Program-made: the position numbers and the translations under genes | DNA from: Pseudomonadota bacterium | GTDB taxonomy: Bacteria > Bdellovibrionota_F > JAHFAK01 > JBDREC01 | Reading direction: 5' to 3' | Assembly (NCBI GenBank): GCA_043820105.1 | Contig: JBDREC010000024.1 | Span: forward strand, 1 to 46,003 | Length of the DNA: 46,003 nucleotides | Notes under the pieces: model-generated | What the model saw: only the letters and a program-made list of their open reading frames with translations | Databases searched by the model: none | What the model was told of the DNA's origin: nothing | Part shown: positions 1 through 8,276 of the stretch, piece after piece | Numbering within the stretch: the stretch's first letter is position 1 | Layout: each line of letters starts with the position of its first letter

Positions 1-1
1 T

Positions 2-145
2 AAGAAACTTCATTCTGGGTTAAATTATTTTTCTAATAAATATGATTTTAAAGCGATTCAATTAATAAAGAATTTGAGTATTGATAAGTTTATTGGAAGA
101 ATTGAGATTAGAAATAGTTTTGAGTTTTTAAAAGGTTTTCAATAA
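2..145 (+). CDS. 3' end of a CDS entering from the left edge, possibly an AAA+/DUF4143-type ATP-binding protein C-terminus
   Basis: Open frame 2..145 reads KKLHSGLNYFSNKYDFKAIQLIKNLSIDKFIGRIEIRNSFEFLKGFQ*. The LxYF...AIQL..NL...IEI pattern resembles DUF4143 C-termini (by eye). Confidence 0.45.
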   Translation, partial: KKLHSGLNYFSNKYDFKAIQLIKNLSIDKFIGRIEIRNSFEFLKGFQ

Positions 146-191
146 AAAAGAGGGAGGTGTAGTTGCTGGTTGCTTGTTGCTAGTGTTACTT

Positions 192-215
192 GTAGTGGAG
201 GGGCTTGTCCCCTTC
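192..215 (+). repeat. REP-like hairpin (GTAG plus GC-rich stem) between convergent genes; may act as a terminator
   Basis: GTAG-T-GGAGGGG-CTTGT-CCCCTTC, immediately after a heptamer run (tagttgc/tggttgc/ttgttgc, 160-184). Confidence 0.4.
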
Positions 216-227
216 TGAAAGATTTTT

Positions 228-1469
228 TTAATCAATAATTGGATTAAATTCTTTGTAGATAACATTTGTTCCATTTGTATCATACATATAACTGCCAACT
301 AGCCTTCCTTTTGAATCAATATAGAATCCACCATCCTTTTGTCCATCTCCGTCTTCATCAAATCCAATTGATTCATAAGTTTTTCCATATCTTTCAAAAG
401 GAGTACTATTTGTTCTTGAATGTTTATCTAGGAAAGACTGGATAAGACTACTGCATCCTTTATGTGGATATTTATTTCCTTTACAGTCAGTCCACATTCC
501 AGCGCAATCCCAACCCGTACTAGTTGGATTTGAGGAACAATCATCAATAACTTGACCACAAGAGCTACTATCAGGATCTCTCATGCATTCACCATAATAA
601 AACCCACTGCTTTCTTCTACTGTTGATGTTGGTTCTTCCACCACTGCTGGCTCTTCTACTGGAGGAGCTTCAACCGCTGGAGGTTCAACCGCGGGAACTA
701 ATGCGGCTGGAGGTTCTTCATCTGGTGCTTCTTCTGCCGGCGGTTCTTCTGCAACTGCGCCACCTCTTGATGTATCGTCAGTAACAGCTGGAGTTTCTGC
801 TTCATCACTTCTTGCATCACAATAAGTATCAGCAAAATTTCCGATTGTTCCACCAACATTTGATATATCAAACTGTCCTATGAAACTTGCGCAAGTACAT
901 GAAATTCTATTTCCTGCATTTTTGCACAGTTCGCATGCTCTATCAAAATTATCTCCGCATAATCCTGGTTTTTTTGCTGGAGCCCGAGGACTTAATAATC
1001 CTGCTTCTATCATTGCTATCTGAATTTCTTTGTTTGCTTCTAGTTGAGCCAGTGCCATTTTTTGGTCGGTCTGAGTCTGGGCTGCCATTGCTGCTGCCAG
1101 GGCGGCCTTTTTATTGCCAACTCCAAGAGCAATGGCTCCGACAATTCCTGCTGTAGCGGTAGCTGCTGCTCCGCCTATGGCCACACCAGTTATTATTTTT
1201 TGTTCTTGTTTTGCTGCAGCCAATTTTTGTGCCATTATATCCTTTAACATTTTTTCCTGAGCTTTCATTTGCTTTTTTGCAAACTCTCTTGTTTCTTTTC
1301 TATGTCTATTAAGAGAGCTGAACTTTCTAAAATCTGCGTATCTGGGTTGATTATTTCCCATTTGTGCGCCTTGTGCAAATCTTCTTTGTTTTTCATTACA
1401 AGACGCGAATATAAATGAAAGCATGAGGATATATAAGAGAAAAGATTTTTGACTTGTAAGTAGTTTCAT
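228..1469 (-). CDS. Hypothetical Cys-rich lipoprotein (paralog A)
   Basis: ORF 228..1592, but the ATG at 1469 has an AAGGAG RBS and gives a lipoprotein signal MKLLTSQKSFLLYILMLSFIFAS-C. Then coiled coil, G/A-rich hydrophobic helix, Cys cluster, P/E/A linker and a Cys-rich C-terminal domain. Paralogous to 2365..3573. Confidence 0.8.
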   Translation of the reverse strand: MKLLTSQKSFLLYILMLSFIFASCNEKQRRFAQGAQMGNNQPRYADFRKFSSLNRHRKETREFAKKQMKAQEKMLKDIMAQKLAAAKQEQKIITGVAIGGAAATATAGIVGAIALGVGNKKAALAAAMAAQTQTDQKMALAQLEANKEIQIAMIEAGLLSPRAPAKKPGLCGDNFDRACELCKNAGNRISCTCASFIGQFDISNVGGTIGNFADTYCDARSDEAETPAVTDDTSRGGAVAEEPPAEEAPDEEPPAALVPAVEPPAVEAPPVEEPAVVEEPTSTVEESSGFYYGECMRDPDSSSCGQVIDDCSSNPTSTGWDCAGMWTDCKGNKYPHKGCSSLIQSFLDKHSRTNSTPFERYGKTYESIGFDEDGDGQKDGGFYIDSKGRLVGSYMYDTNGTNVIYKEFNPIID

Positions 1470-1485
1470 TTTTTCTGCTCCTTTT

Positions 1486-1516
1486 AGCGTACAGCGTACA
1501 GCGTACGGCGTACAGC
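1486..1516. repeat. Heptamer tandem repeat (AGCGTAC)n in the leader of paralog A
   Basis: agcgtac agcgtac agcgtac ggcgtac agc. 1486..1512 is the exact reverse complement of 12075..12101. Confidence 0.9.
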
Positions 1517-1575
1517 ATTTTTTAGTATCTTGATCCTGGACTTGGTTCAGGATTCTTTTTGTTAAAAATATTATA

Positions 1576-1620
1576 TGCAAATAAAGTGCCAAGAATGAGG
1601 CTAATGATATCAGCCGGTTA
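1576..1620 (-). promoter_or_regulatory. Sigma54 -24/-12 promoter with adjacent IHF site
   Basis: Minus strand TTGGCAC-TTTAT-TTGCA (1576..1592), GG-N10-GC spacing. TATCAG-CCGG-TTA at 1608..1620 fits WATCARNNNNTTR. Confidence 0.75.
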
Positions 1621-1730
1621 CCTGATCTCAGCCTTCGTTAGTTGCCCTTGGATTGTTATTGTTGGCGAAATTTAAGCAGGGGAATAAGGGAACAAGTGTG
1701 AAGCAAAATTAAGCAAAGAAATTTCATTGA

Positions 1731-1766
1731 GAATTGAAAATTGATTTTTGATTATTGATTATTTTA
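1731..1766. repeat. Heptamer-period dispersed repeat, copy 1
   Basis: gaattgaaaattgatttttgattattgattatttta; 34/36 identical to 4617..4652. Confidence 0.8.
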
Positions 1767-1927
1767 TAAGACGGTTAATTTGGATTGCTTATAATAAGTT
1801 TGGATCATCTCCAATCTGAGTACCCACAAAGAATAATTTTTTTAAAAAAATATAAAACATTGTTCCAACTATTCTATGATATTCAAATTGAAATAAACGG
1901 TTCTATCTATCTAAAACCCAAAGGATG

Positions 1928-2046
1928 AAGATTAGGAATTAAGATTAAGAATTAAGAATCAAGAGTTTAGAGGCAAGTTTGCAAGATCAGAAGAGTCAAG
2001 AATCAAGAAGGATTCATGCTCATAATCCTAGTCTTAATCCTAATCC
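1928..2046. repeat. Inverted hexamer-like arrays upstream of a four-helix-bundle remnant
   Basis: gattaggaattaagattaagaattaagaatcaag, then a purine-rich spacer, then cataatcctagtcttaatcctaatcc (imperfect complement). Confidence 0.65.
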
Positions 2047-2050
2047 CGTA

Positions 2051-2215
2051 GACCGAATGTGCTTTTTCGATATCTCACTTGGGTCTATAGCCGAAATCTG
2101 CGCCTGTCTTGACCTTCTTAACTCTTTAGATCTTGACTCTTTTTCTTCCTCTTCTATCTTACCTCTAAAAAAACAATACCAAACCATTTATTCCATGATC
2201 TTCAAATTGAAATAA
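2051..2215 (+). pseudogene. C-terminal remnant of a four-helix-bundle (23S rRNA IVS-like) gene
   Basis: DRMCFFDISLGSIAEICACLDLL...YQTIYSMIFKLK* aligns by eye with EKKNFYSYARGSVYECVTVLDLI...CETLSKMFFRL in 37690..38037. The N-terminal half is absent. Confidence 0.65.
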
Positions 2216-2364
2216 ATATTTCTATATATGAAACCATTGGATTAATCTTAGAATTATGATTAAGATGAGGCTTATGATTTTTACGCTTTTGTTCTCTGAT
2301 TTGACCGGAAACTGGTGCTCTATTGTTTGGGTATTCAAATTGGAGATGAACCATAAGTTTATTA

Positions 2365-3573
2365 TTATGGTGCACTATCTGTTTCCTGTGTATTTTTTTC
2401 TATAAAGGCATCAAAAGCCTCTTGCATTAATGTATTGCAACCATCAAAATGGCTAGATTCAGAACCATCTGCCTGGTATTTTATGCATCTACGTCCAGAT
2501 ATATTGTCTCTATAGTCACTAATTAGTTCATTAATATATTCAGTGTCGGGATTTTCGATAAGAGCAGTATCTAATAAAGATTGAAATTCTCTTCCTGTCT
2601 GAGTTTCAAAACATGTTTTGTCGTTTGGTAAGCAACATCCTAAAATAGCTTTGTTCTCTTTATCATCGTTATATGTTGGTGACCAAGAGCATGCTACATC
2701 TTTATCTGGGCTATCAAGGCTTATTGGGTTGTAAACTCTTGGGGTTGCTCCAGAAGCACCTTTTATGTACGTTGGTTTCCTGGTGATGGTTGAGCCACCG
2801 CCACTTCTTCCACTACCACTTTTTTTGCTTCCAGCTCCACTACGACCTGAGCTCGCTCCATCTCCTGCTTCGTCCTCTTCTTCTTCCACTGCCAAAATCG
2901 CCTCTTCATCAGATAAAACTGTATCACACATCGCTGCAATTCCTGCGGCTCCACCAACATACGAAATATCATATTTGCTGAGCTTTGCTGCACAGGCACA
3001 ACTTACTCTCACGTCGGCGTTTTCACAGACTCCGCATACATCTTCTAAATATTTATTGCAAAATGGGATTTTTTCTTTTGGGGCGGCTGCTCCCTGTCCA
3101 TAAAGTCCTTTTTTAATCAGGGCTAATTTTATTTCTGTACTTGCTTTTAACTGAGCAGTGGCGTACTCATTGGCTCTATCCTGAGCGTCTGCTGCAGCCT
3201 GAGCCATGGCATCTCTTCTATTTTTGCCTGCTTCAATCATTGCCAGTGTAATATCAGTTGCTGCCTTAATTCCGGTTCCTGTGATGGCTACAATTGCTTC
3301 TGTTTTTGCTTGCTGTTTTTGCACTTCTAGCTGCGCCTTAAACATATCCATCTGCATTTTTCGTTGTTGTTTTGCAAAGTTAAGATTAGGCATGGTTTGT
3401 CTATGTCTGTTTAGTGATCTGAATTGTCTGAATTTCTCAAGTGCTGGATTCATTCCACCGTTAATTTGAGGATTAATGATTCGTCTTTGTTTTTCATTAC
3501 ATGATGATATAGCAATAGCAATAATAGTAATTATTAGTAAGGTAATTGTTCTGTTAATTATTACTTTCTTCAA
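2365..3573 (-). CDS. Hypothetical Cys-rich lipoprotein (paralog B)
   Basis: TTG start with AAGGTG upstream; signal ...IIAIAISS-C. Shares SCNEKQRR, FRxFxSLNRHR and C-x7-CxxC-x8-CxC...DISxVGG with 228..1469; the C-terminal domains differ. Confidence 0.85.
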   Translation of the reverse strand: MKKVIINRTITLLIITIIAIAISSCNEKQRRIINPQINGGMNPALEKFRQFRSLNRHRQTMPNLNFAKQQRKMQMDMFKAQLEVQKQQAKTEAIVAITGTGIKAATDITLAMIEAGKNRRDAMAQAAADAQDRANEYATAQLKASTEIKLALIKKGLYGQGAAAPKEKIPFCNKYLEDVCGVCENADVRVSCACAAKLSKYDISYVGGAAGIAAMCDTVLSDEEAILAVEEEEDEAGDGASSGRSGAGSKKSGSGRSGGGSTITRKPTYIKGASGATPRVYNPISLDSPDKDVACSWSPTYNDDKENKAILGCCLPNDKTCFETQTGREFQSLLDTALIENPDTEYINELISDYRDNISGRRCIKYQADGSESSHFDGCNTLMQEAFDAFIEKNTQETDSAP

Positions 3574-3612
3574 AGCTAAGTCACCTTAATAAATGATATA
3601 TACTAACACTTG

Positions 3613-3659
3613 TGCAAGTATAATGCCAAAAAATGTTGTGCAATAAAATCAATATGTTA
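3613..3659 (-). promoter_or_regulatory. Sigma54 -24/-12 promoter with adjacent IHF site
   Basis: Minus strand TTGGCAT-TATAC-TTGCA (3613..3629). AATCAA-TATG-TTA at 3647..3659 is a perfect IHF consensus. Confidence 0.75.
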
Positions 3660-3734
3660 CTCACTCTTTGACTGAAGCTATACCTTAATATATGTGTTTG
3701 TTTAAAGCTTCTTTGGTGAAAATTCGGCAGTAGT

Positions 3735-4544
3735 TTAGCTTGTAGCTGGTAGCTGGTAGCTTGTAGGCTTATTAAACGGTCTAATTACTGTAATGCCTAG
3801 GAATTTATCCGTTTTTTCTTTTTCGAATAGCCATTCATGAAGTTTTGTATCAAGGGTTGTTTTTTGACTTAGGGCGGACTCTCTAATATATTTTTCACCA
3901 TCTTTTTCAATTAATAGCATTAAATGGCTAACAAAAAGGTCGGGTTTGTTTTTAATTATAAGAGAAAGTATGTCTCCGGGCCTTAATTGATTTCGAATTT
4001 CTTTTATTAAGGTAAAGGGGATGTAATTTATTGTGATAGTTTTATCTTTTTCAAGGTCTTTTAAATTATCAAAACCTTTGTTTTTAAAAAAGCTTAGGTG
4101 TGAAATTGTTCTTTTTAAGGTGTATTGATTGGCCTTATCTTTAAGTAGATCTTTGGTAATATCAGCTAAGAGCCAGGTATTATTCAAAAGCCAATCAGCA
4201 TAAACATAATGGTTTCTTTTTCTAATATCAATTTCGCCATTTTTATATCTGATTTTGATTAGATTTTCATAAAATTTTTCAAAGCTATTTGAAAGTGCAA
4301 TAGCAAGCACATGTTCAATCATAGCCATGCAATTAGTTTCCTGAAAATTATAAAGAGGATAATTTTCATATTGTGATTCGGGGCCTTCGCCGACGGCGTT
4401 TAAAGAGTAAGGCATTCCTAGAAAACCTTCAGAGTCAAAACTAATTCTTTCATGAAAAGACAAAGAATTTCTAACTTCAGTTTTTAAGTAAGCATCAATC
4501 TTTTCTTTAGCTAGATTTTTAAATCTAATTGTATTAATTTCCAT
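3735..4544 (-). CDS. DUF1460 family N-acetylmuramoyl-L-alanine amidase-like protein (NlpC/P60-related)
   Basis: Motifs FLGMPY, GEG, NCMAMIEHVLA, IRYxxG, RNHYxxxDWLxNN, LRPGDI and VSH. The 3' end overlaps a heptamer run (agcttgt/agctggt, 3737..3766). Confidence 0.85.
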   Translation of the reverse strand: MEINTIRFKNLAKEKIDAYLKTEVRNSLSFHERISFDSEGFLGMPYSLNAVGEGPESQYENYPLYNFQETNCMAMIEHVLAIALSNSFEKFYENLIKIRYKNGEIDIRKRNHYVYADWLLNNTWLLADITKDLLKDKANQYTLKRTISHLSFFKNKGFDNLKDLEKDKTITINYIPFTLIKEIRNQLRPGDILSLIIKNKPDLFVSHLMLLIEKDGEKYIRESALSQKTTLDTKLHEWLFEKEKTDKFLGITVIRPFNKPTSYQLPATS

Positions 4545-4616
4545 TTTATAATTATATTTATTTAGGAATAGATATACAAGATTTAATTAAACTTTCATGT
4601 TCATAATTCCCATCAA

Positions 4617-4652
4617 GAATTGAAAATTGCTTGTTGATTATTGATTATTTTA
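4617..4652. repeat. Heptamer-period dispersed repeat, copy 2
   Basis: gaattgaaaattgcttgttgattattgattatttta; matches 1731..1766 with 2 mismatches. Confidence 0.8.
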
Positions 4653-5570
4653 AAACAGACTCACACACAATTTATTGTACTGCCCCCACGCTGCCTCTTT
4701 TTGCTCGCGAAGCTCAGTATTGCTTTCTTGATTTAAACTAGTTTTAAAAGCATTTAGAATTGCAATTTTTCTTGTATTTGTAACATTTCCAGATTCAATA
4801 AGCTTATCAAGTTCAGCTGCCAGGGTTTCATGGTTTTGCTTATTATTTAATAAAATTCTGCTTGAAATATTGGAGATTTCATTTGAATAATTTGTAAGGC
4901 CTTTTTCTAAAATAAAATCTAGTATTGGTTTTTCGATACTTGCCTGATTTTCCAAAATATCCAAAACCTTTACTGCAATTCTTAAACATCTTGCATCCCT
5001 GATATTTCCAATGGTGTTTTTTAACAAAGGAAAGAGAGTTTTTGCTATTACTTCGCCTTTTAGACTTCCTAATCCATTTTTATACAGGTTGTTAGTTCCC
5101 AGAACATCAATAATTAAGTTGAGAAATTTAAGCTCATTAGCTGACTTTTCATCAAGCTCAGAAATAACTAGCTCATCAAGCAGGATTTGGTTTAAGTATT
5201 TTATTAGTTCACTTCTGTATTGTTTGGGCAATAAATTAAGAACTGCTTTATTGTTCAAAATATCATAAAGAGCATCAATATTATCATTTGGGTTTCTGGA
5301 ATTTAGTTTTTCTGTAATCTTTGTAAAATTTTCTTCTATTAAATTTTCAAGATTTGAACCTTCAGTTTCAATTGCCTGAAGCTCTGCAATAGAAGCCGAA
5401 ATAGCATCTTTAACTATTTGCGAACTCTCTTTTTTTGAATTTAGTCTTTCAAAAAGAGCCATGAGGTTTTTTCGTGTGTAGTTTTCTTTTTTCCTAAGAC
5501 CAATTGCTGACCAAATACGAATGTCTTCACTTGGATCATCCAGGCATTTAATGAAGGCTTCAGCGCTCAA
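4650..5570 (-). CDS. HEAT-repeat-like helical protein; probable C-terminal part of a frameshifted gene, ending in CxxLF
   Basis: Begins with HEAT-like FIKCLDDPSEDIRIWSAIGL and ends LCVSLF*. One extra A at 5622..5626 would fuse it with 5594..7591. Confidence 0.7.
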   Translation of the reverse strand: MSAEAFIKCLDDPSEDIRIWSAIGLRKKENYTRKNLMALFERLNSKKESSQIVKDAISASIAELQAIETEGSNLENLIEENFTKITEKLNSRNPNDNIDALYDILNNKAVLNLLPKQYRSELIKYLNQILLDELVISELDEKSANELKFLNLIIDVLGTNNLYKNGLGSLKGEVIAKTLFPLLKNTIGNIRDARCLRIAVKVLDILENQASIEKPILDFILEKGLTNYSNEISNISSRILLNNKQNHETLAAELDKLIESGNVTNTRKIAILNAFKTSLNQESNTELREQKEAAWGQYNKLCVSLF

Positions 5571-5593
5571 AGCAGATCTGTTTTCTGGCGAGT

Positions 5594-7591
5594 TTAATGC
5601 AATGATTGCATGCTTTCTGAGTTTTTATCTTCTTCAAATCTGGTGCCTTCTTCAATGATGAAAGCAGCTTCTTCAGCCCGATCTTCTGATCTTTCTTTAT
5701 CTTCAAAAGAATCATTAGGAGCCCACCTATCAAGATATTTCCCTAAAAATTCATTAAACTCCTCAATACTTGATTCAAGCTTTATCTTTTCTTTTTCTTC
5801 CAGTTCAGTTTCCATTGGAACCAGACTAGCATCAAATACACCACGTTCTTCCATTTGCGAACCCATTGCCCCTTCTCCCCTTGTTCTCTCAAACGCTAAA
5901 GCCCTCAACTCATCTTGATCTAATTTTTCATGAACTTTATAAAGAAAATGTTCATAAGCTCTTATTGTCAAAAGATATCTAAAGAGCGCTATCTTATCCT
6001 GCTTGCTTTCTATGTTTAATATCATTAGTTGTTTTACAATTGCTGGATTGTTTTCTATTTCATAAAGTATAAAATACACTGTTTCATTTATTGCTTTTTC
6101 AGACAAATCTATCAAATCAGCATTCTTTTCCACATTATTAAATTCAGCGATATTTGCAGACTCAAGAATTTGTTCTGCAAAACCAGAAGCTAGTTGAGCT
6201 CTTATATTTCTGATATTCATGTTATTTAACAAGGCATTTTCATAAATCCTGCTGGCTACATCTATCGCCTTTTTTACTGCCTTGTCTCTTTGATCAAGTA
6301 GTTTTGCTGCTTCTTCTGTTACATTTATTACCTCTCTTGCATTTGCTTTATCAATTGGAGCCAGTTTCTCTTTGTTAATATTTTTAAGTTCATTTCTGCT
6401 AATTGCTTCTTCTGCAAATTCATAGAGATCAATAAGTGTTTCGCCGGCGAGCTTATTAATTATATTACCAAGGGTCCTTTTTGCCTGGTCGCTAGTTTCA
6501 GCTTCAAACATCTTGTTTAATTCTTCCAGATTTTTTTTCTTTGTTTCATCTCCGTAGTTGTTCACTTCTTCTGCTAGAGAATATGCAGCCATTAAGCGAA
6601 CTGAGATATCTTGTGTGCTATTTAAAAGTGATCTTAAATATTCTATTATAGGTTCTCCACCTAAGGCATTTGTTCCCAGAAGCTCAACTGCCATAACCTT
6701 TGAAGTTTGTGCTCTTTTTATAGTTGCTAATCCCCAGCCTTTGCTTTCTTTATGTTCAATTAGATATCTTAAAAGGCTTCGAATTTCAGACTTAAACATG
6801 GGGTCTAATAATCTTATGTGTTCCTTTTTTTGATCTAATTCTTTTAAGACATCTTTTGTGTTTTGAGGGGCTTTTTTTAATTCTTTAATTATTCGTTTAA
6901 AATCTTTTTCAAAAATTATTTGAAGTTTTAATGAAATATAAGAACGATATAAACCCGCGCTTGAAAGTTCTGCCTGAAGAGCAGTTCTTATTTTAGCAAT
7001 TAAAATATTTGCTTCATAGCTTGTACGCTCTGACCAATGATCTGGTCCAATATTGCCTGAAGATCGATTTGGTTTAACATTATTGATTACTCTACTGGCA
7101 AGATTTTCATATCCTGGGAGGATTTCTTCATTTGTAAGTTTTATTCCATGCTCTAAAAGTAATAATCGAATCTGTTTTACTGAATGTTTTATTTCTTGAT
7201 TAAGGCTTTGCATATTTTCTCTTGAAAAATAATCATCATTGATTCTATTATCATCTGCAGATACCTTGCCTTGCTCCCTTATTATGCCAGTAATAGTTTC
7301 AATTGTCTCTTTTGATATTTGGCTTATGTCGCTTGAGAGCTCTAAAATATCTTTTGGAGCTTGTGGGGTTTCAATATCAGTATAGATTCTTGCAAAGGAG
7401 GCAATTGTTCTATCAATTTTTTCTTCTGCCGATTCAAAATTCTGATAAATCTCATCATTGACTTCGGTTTTGCCTTGCTCACAATCCGCGAAATAAAATT
7501 CAATTATTGCCCTGGTTTCAATAAGATTTTTCGCATTTTCAGGAATAAACTTTGTGGTTTTGGCAGATATTGAACTCACAATCTCAATCAT
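5594..7591 (-). CDS. Large helical/HEAT-like hypothetical protein; N-terminal part of a frameshifted, 5'-truncated gene
   Basis: 665-aa ORF with HEAT-like LLNSTQDISVRLMAAYSL. The frame stays open, without a start codon or signal peptide, up to 7747. Confidence 0.75.
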   Translation of the reverse strand: MIEIVSSISAKTTKFIPENAKNLIETRAIIEFYFADCEQGKTEVNDEIYQNFESAEEKIDRTIASFARIYTDIETPQAPKDILELSSDISQISKETIETITGIIREQGKVSADDNRINDDYFSRENMQSLNQEIKHSVKQIRLLLLEHGIKLTNEEILPGYENLASRVINNVKPNRSSGNIGPDHWSERTSYEANILIAKIRTALQAELSSAGLYRSYISLKLQIIFEKDFKRIIKELKKAPQNTKDVLKELDQKKEHIRLLDPMFKSEIRSLLRYLIEHKESKGWGLATIKRAQTSKVMAVELLGTNALGGEPIIEYLRSLLNSTQDISVRLMAAYSLAEEVNNYGDETKKKNLEELNKMFEAETSDQAKRTLGNIINKLAGETLIDLYEFAEEAISRNELKNINKEKLAPIDKANAREVINVTEEAAKLLDQRDKAVKKAIDVASRIYENALLNNMNIRNIRAQLASGFAEQILESANIAEFNNVEKNADLIDLSEKAINETVYFILYEIENNPAIVKQLMILNIESKQDKIALFRYLLTIRAYEHFLYKVHEKLDQDELRALAFERTRGEGAMGSQMEERGVFDASLVPMETELEEKEKIKLESSIEEFNEFLGKYLDRWAPNDSFEDKERSEDRAEEAAFIIEEGTRFEEDKNSESMQSLH

Positions 7592-7746
7592 AGTTAATAA
7601 GGTTATTAATCTTTTGTCAGTTTGAAAAGATGGATTTGAAAATGCATAATCTTTTAGCTGTTCATTTATTGTTTCTTCAAGGATGTAGTTTAAATTAAAT
7701 GCAATTGAAAAGGCAATGTTTCTATGTTCTTCATTGTTTTCTATAA

Positions 7747-8040
7747 ATTATAAAAGAAATTAGGCAAGATCCAGAGCTTATTAAAGAAATTGTTAATTTC
7801 TATAAGGCCTATAAGGAAGGAAGAAAAGGGTCTAATTATAATTTTAAGAAATTTACCAATGAACATGAATTTCTTCTTGGGATTACTTTAGATGCTGCCA
7901 GGCATCTAGAACAAGAAGGTAAGAGTTTTAATAAAGAAATTGAATTTATTGAAGAGGAGTTAGGGATTAGGAATAAAGGTGAACGATTAGGAGAACATAG
8001 GAATAATGGAAACTCCAGTATATGTATGAAGCTTTTTTAA
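7747..8040 (+). pseudogene. 5'-truncated CDS fragment (97 aa) ending in CxxLF; not in the ORF track
   Basis: Open frame after TAA at 7744 reads IIKEIRQDPELIKEIVNFYKAY...EHRNNGNSSICMKLF*. Protein-like composition, no usable start codon. Confidence 0.6.
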
Positions 8041-8180
8041 TTTAAAATCAGAGTTGACTGAGACACAAATTTCGTATGATTTAAATATTTGTATGCAATT
8101 GAGACTCAAAATCATCATCTTGAGCTTTTGTAAAAAGCAATAACTTGTTGTTATTAAACAGTATAAAAAAACCATGGATT

Positions 8181-8196
8181 TGGCACACCTTATGCA
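8181..8196 (+). promoter_or_regulatory. Sigma54 -24/-12 promoter
   Basis: TGGCAC-ACCTT-ATGCA with GG-N10-GC spacing; near-consensus IHF site on the opposite strand at 8141..8153. Confidence 0.65.
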
Positions 8197-8206
8197 ATAG
8201 CATATT

Positions 8207-8276
8207 AATAGCTTTTTCATATTCCTCCTCCTTGAAAAAGAAAATTCAGCCAACATGGGACATGTTGGCTATTTTT
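8207..8276 (+). ncRNA. Candidate two-hairpin small RNA or leader with an anti-SD loop
   Basis: Starts at the predicted sigma54 +1. Stem CTTTTTCA/TGAAAAAG (8212..8240) encloses loop TATTCCTCCTCCT, followed by a terminator-like hairpin and T tract. Confidence 0.45.
8248..8276 (+). terminator. Intrinsic terminator-like hairpin
   Basis: AGCCAACATG-GGA-CATGTTGGCT followed by ATTTTTGTTT. Confidence 0.65.

Noticed and set aside
1470-1592. N-terminal extensions in the ORF track (also 8145..8312, 33677..33709, 38038..38133)
   Set aside because: They run through promoters or tandem repeats; downstream ATGs have better RBS, signal-peptide or family-start context.
7987-8256. Minus-strand 89-aa ORF (MKKLLICYC... 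from 8220, strong SD)
   Set aside because: Implausibly Cys-rich, overlaps a sigma54 motif and the 7747..8040 fragment; better explained as the antisense of an anti-SD loop. Not fully excluded.
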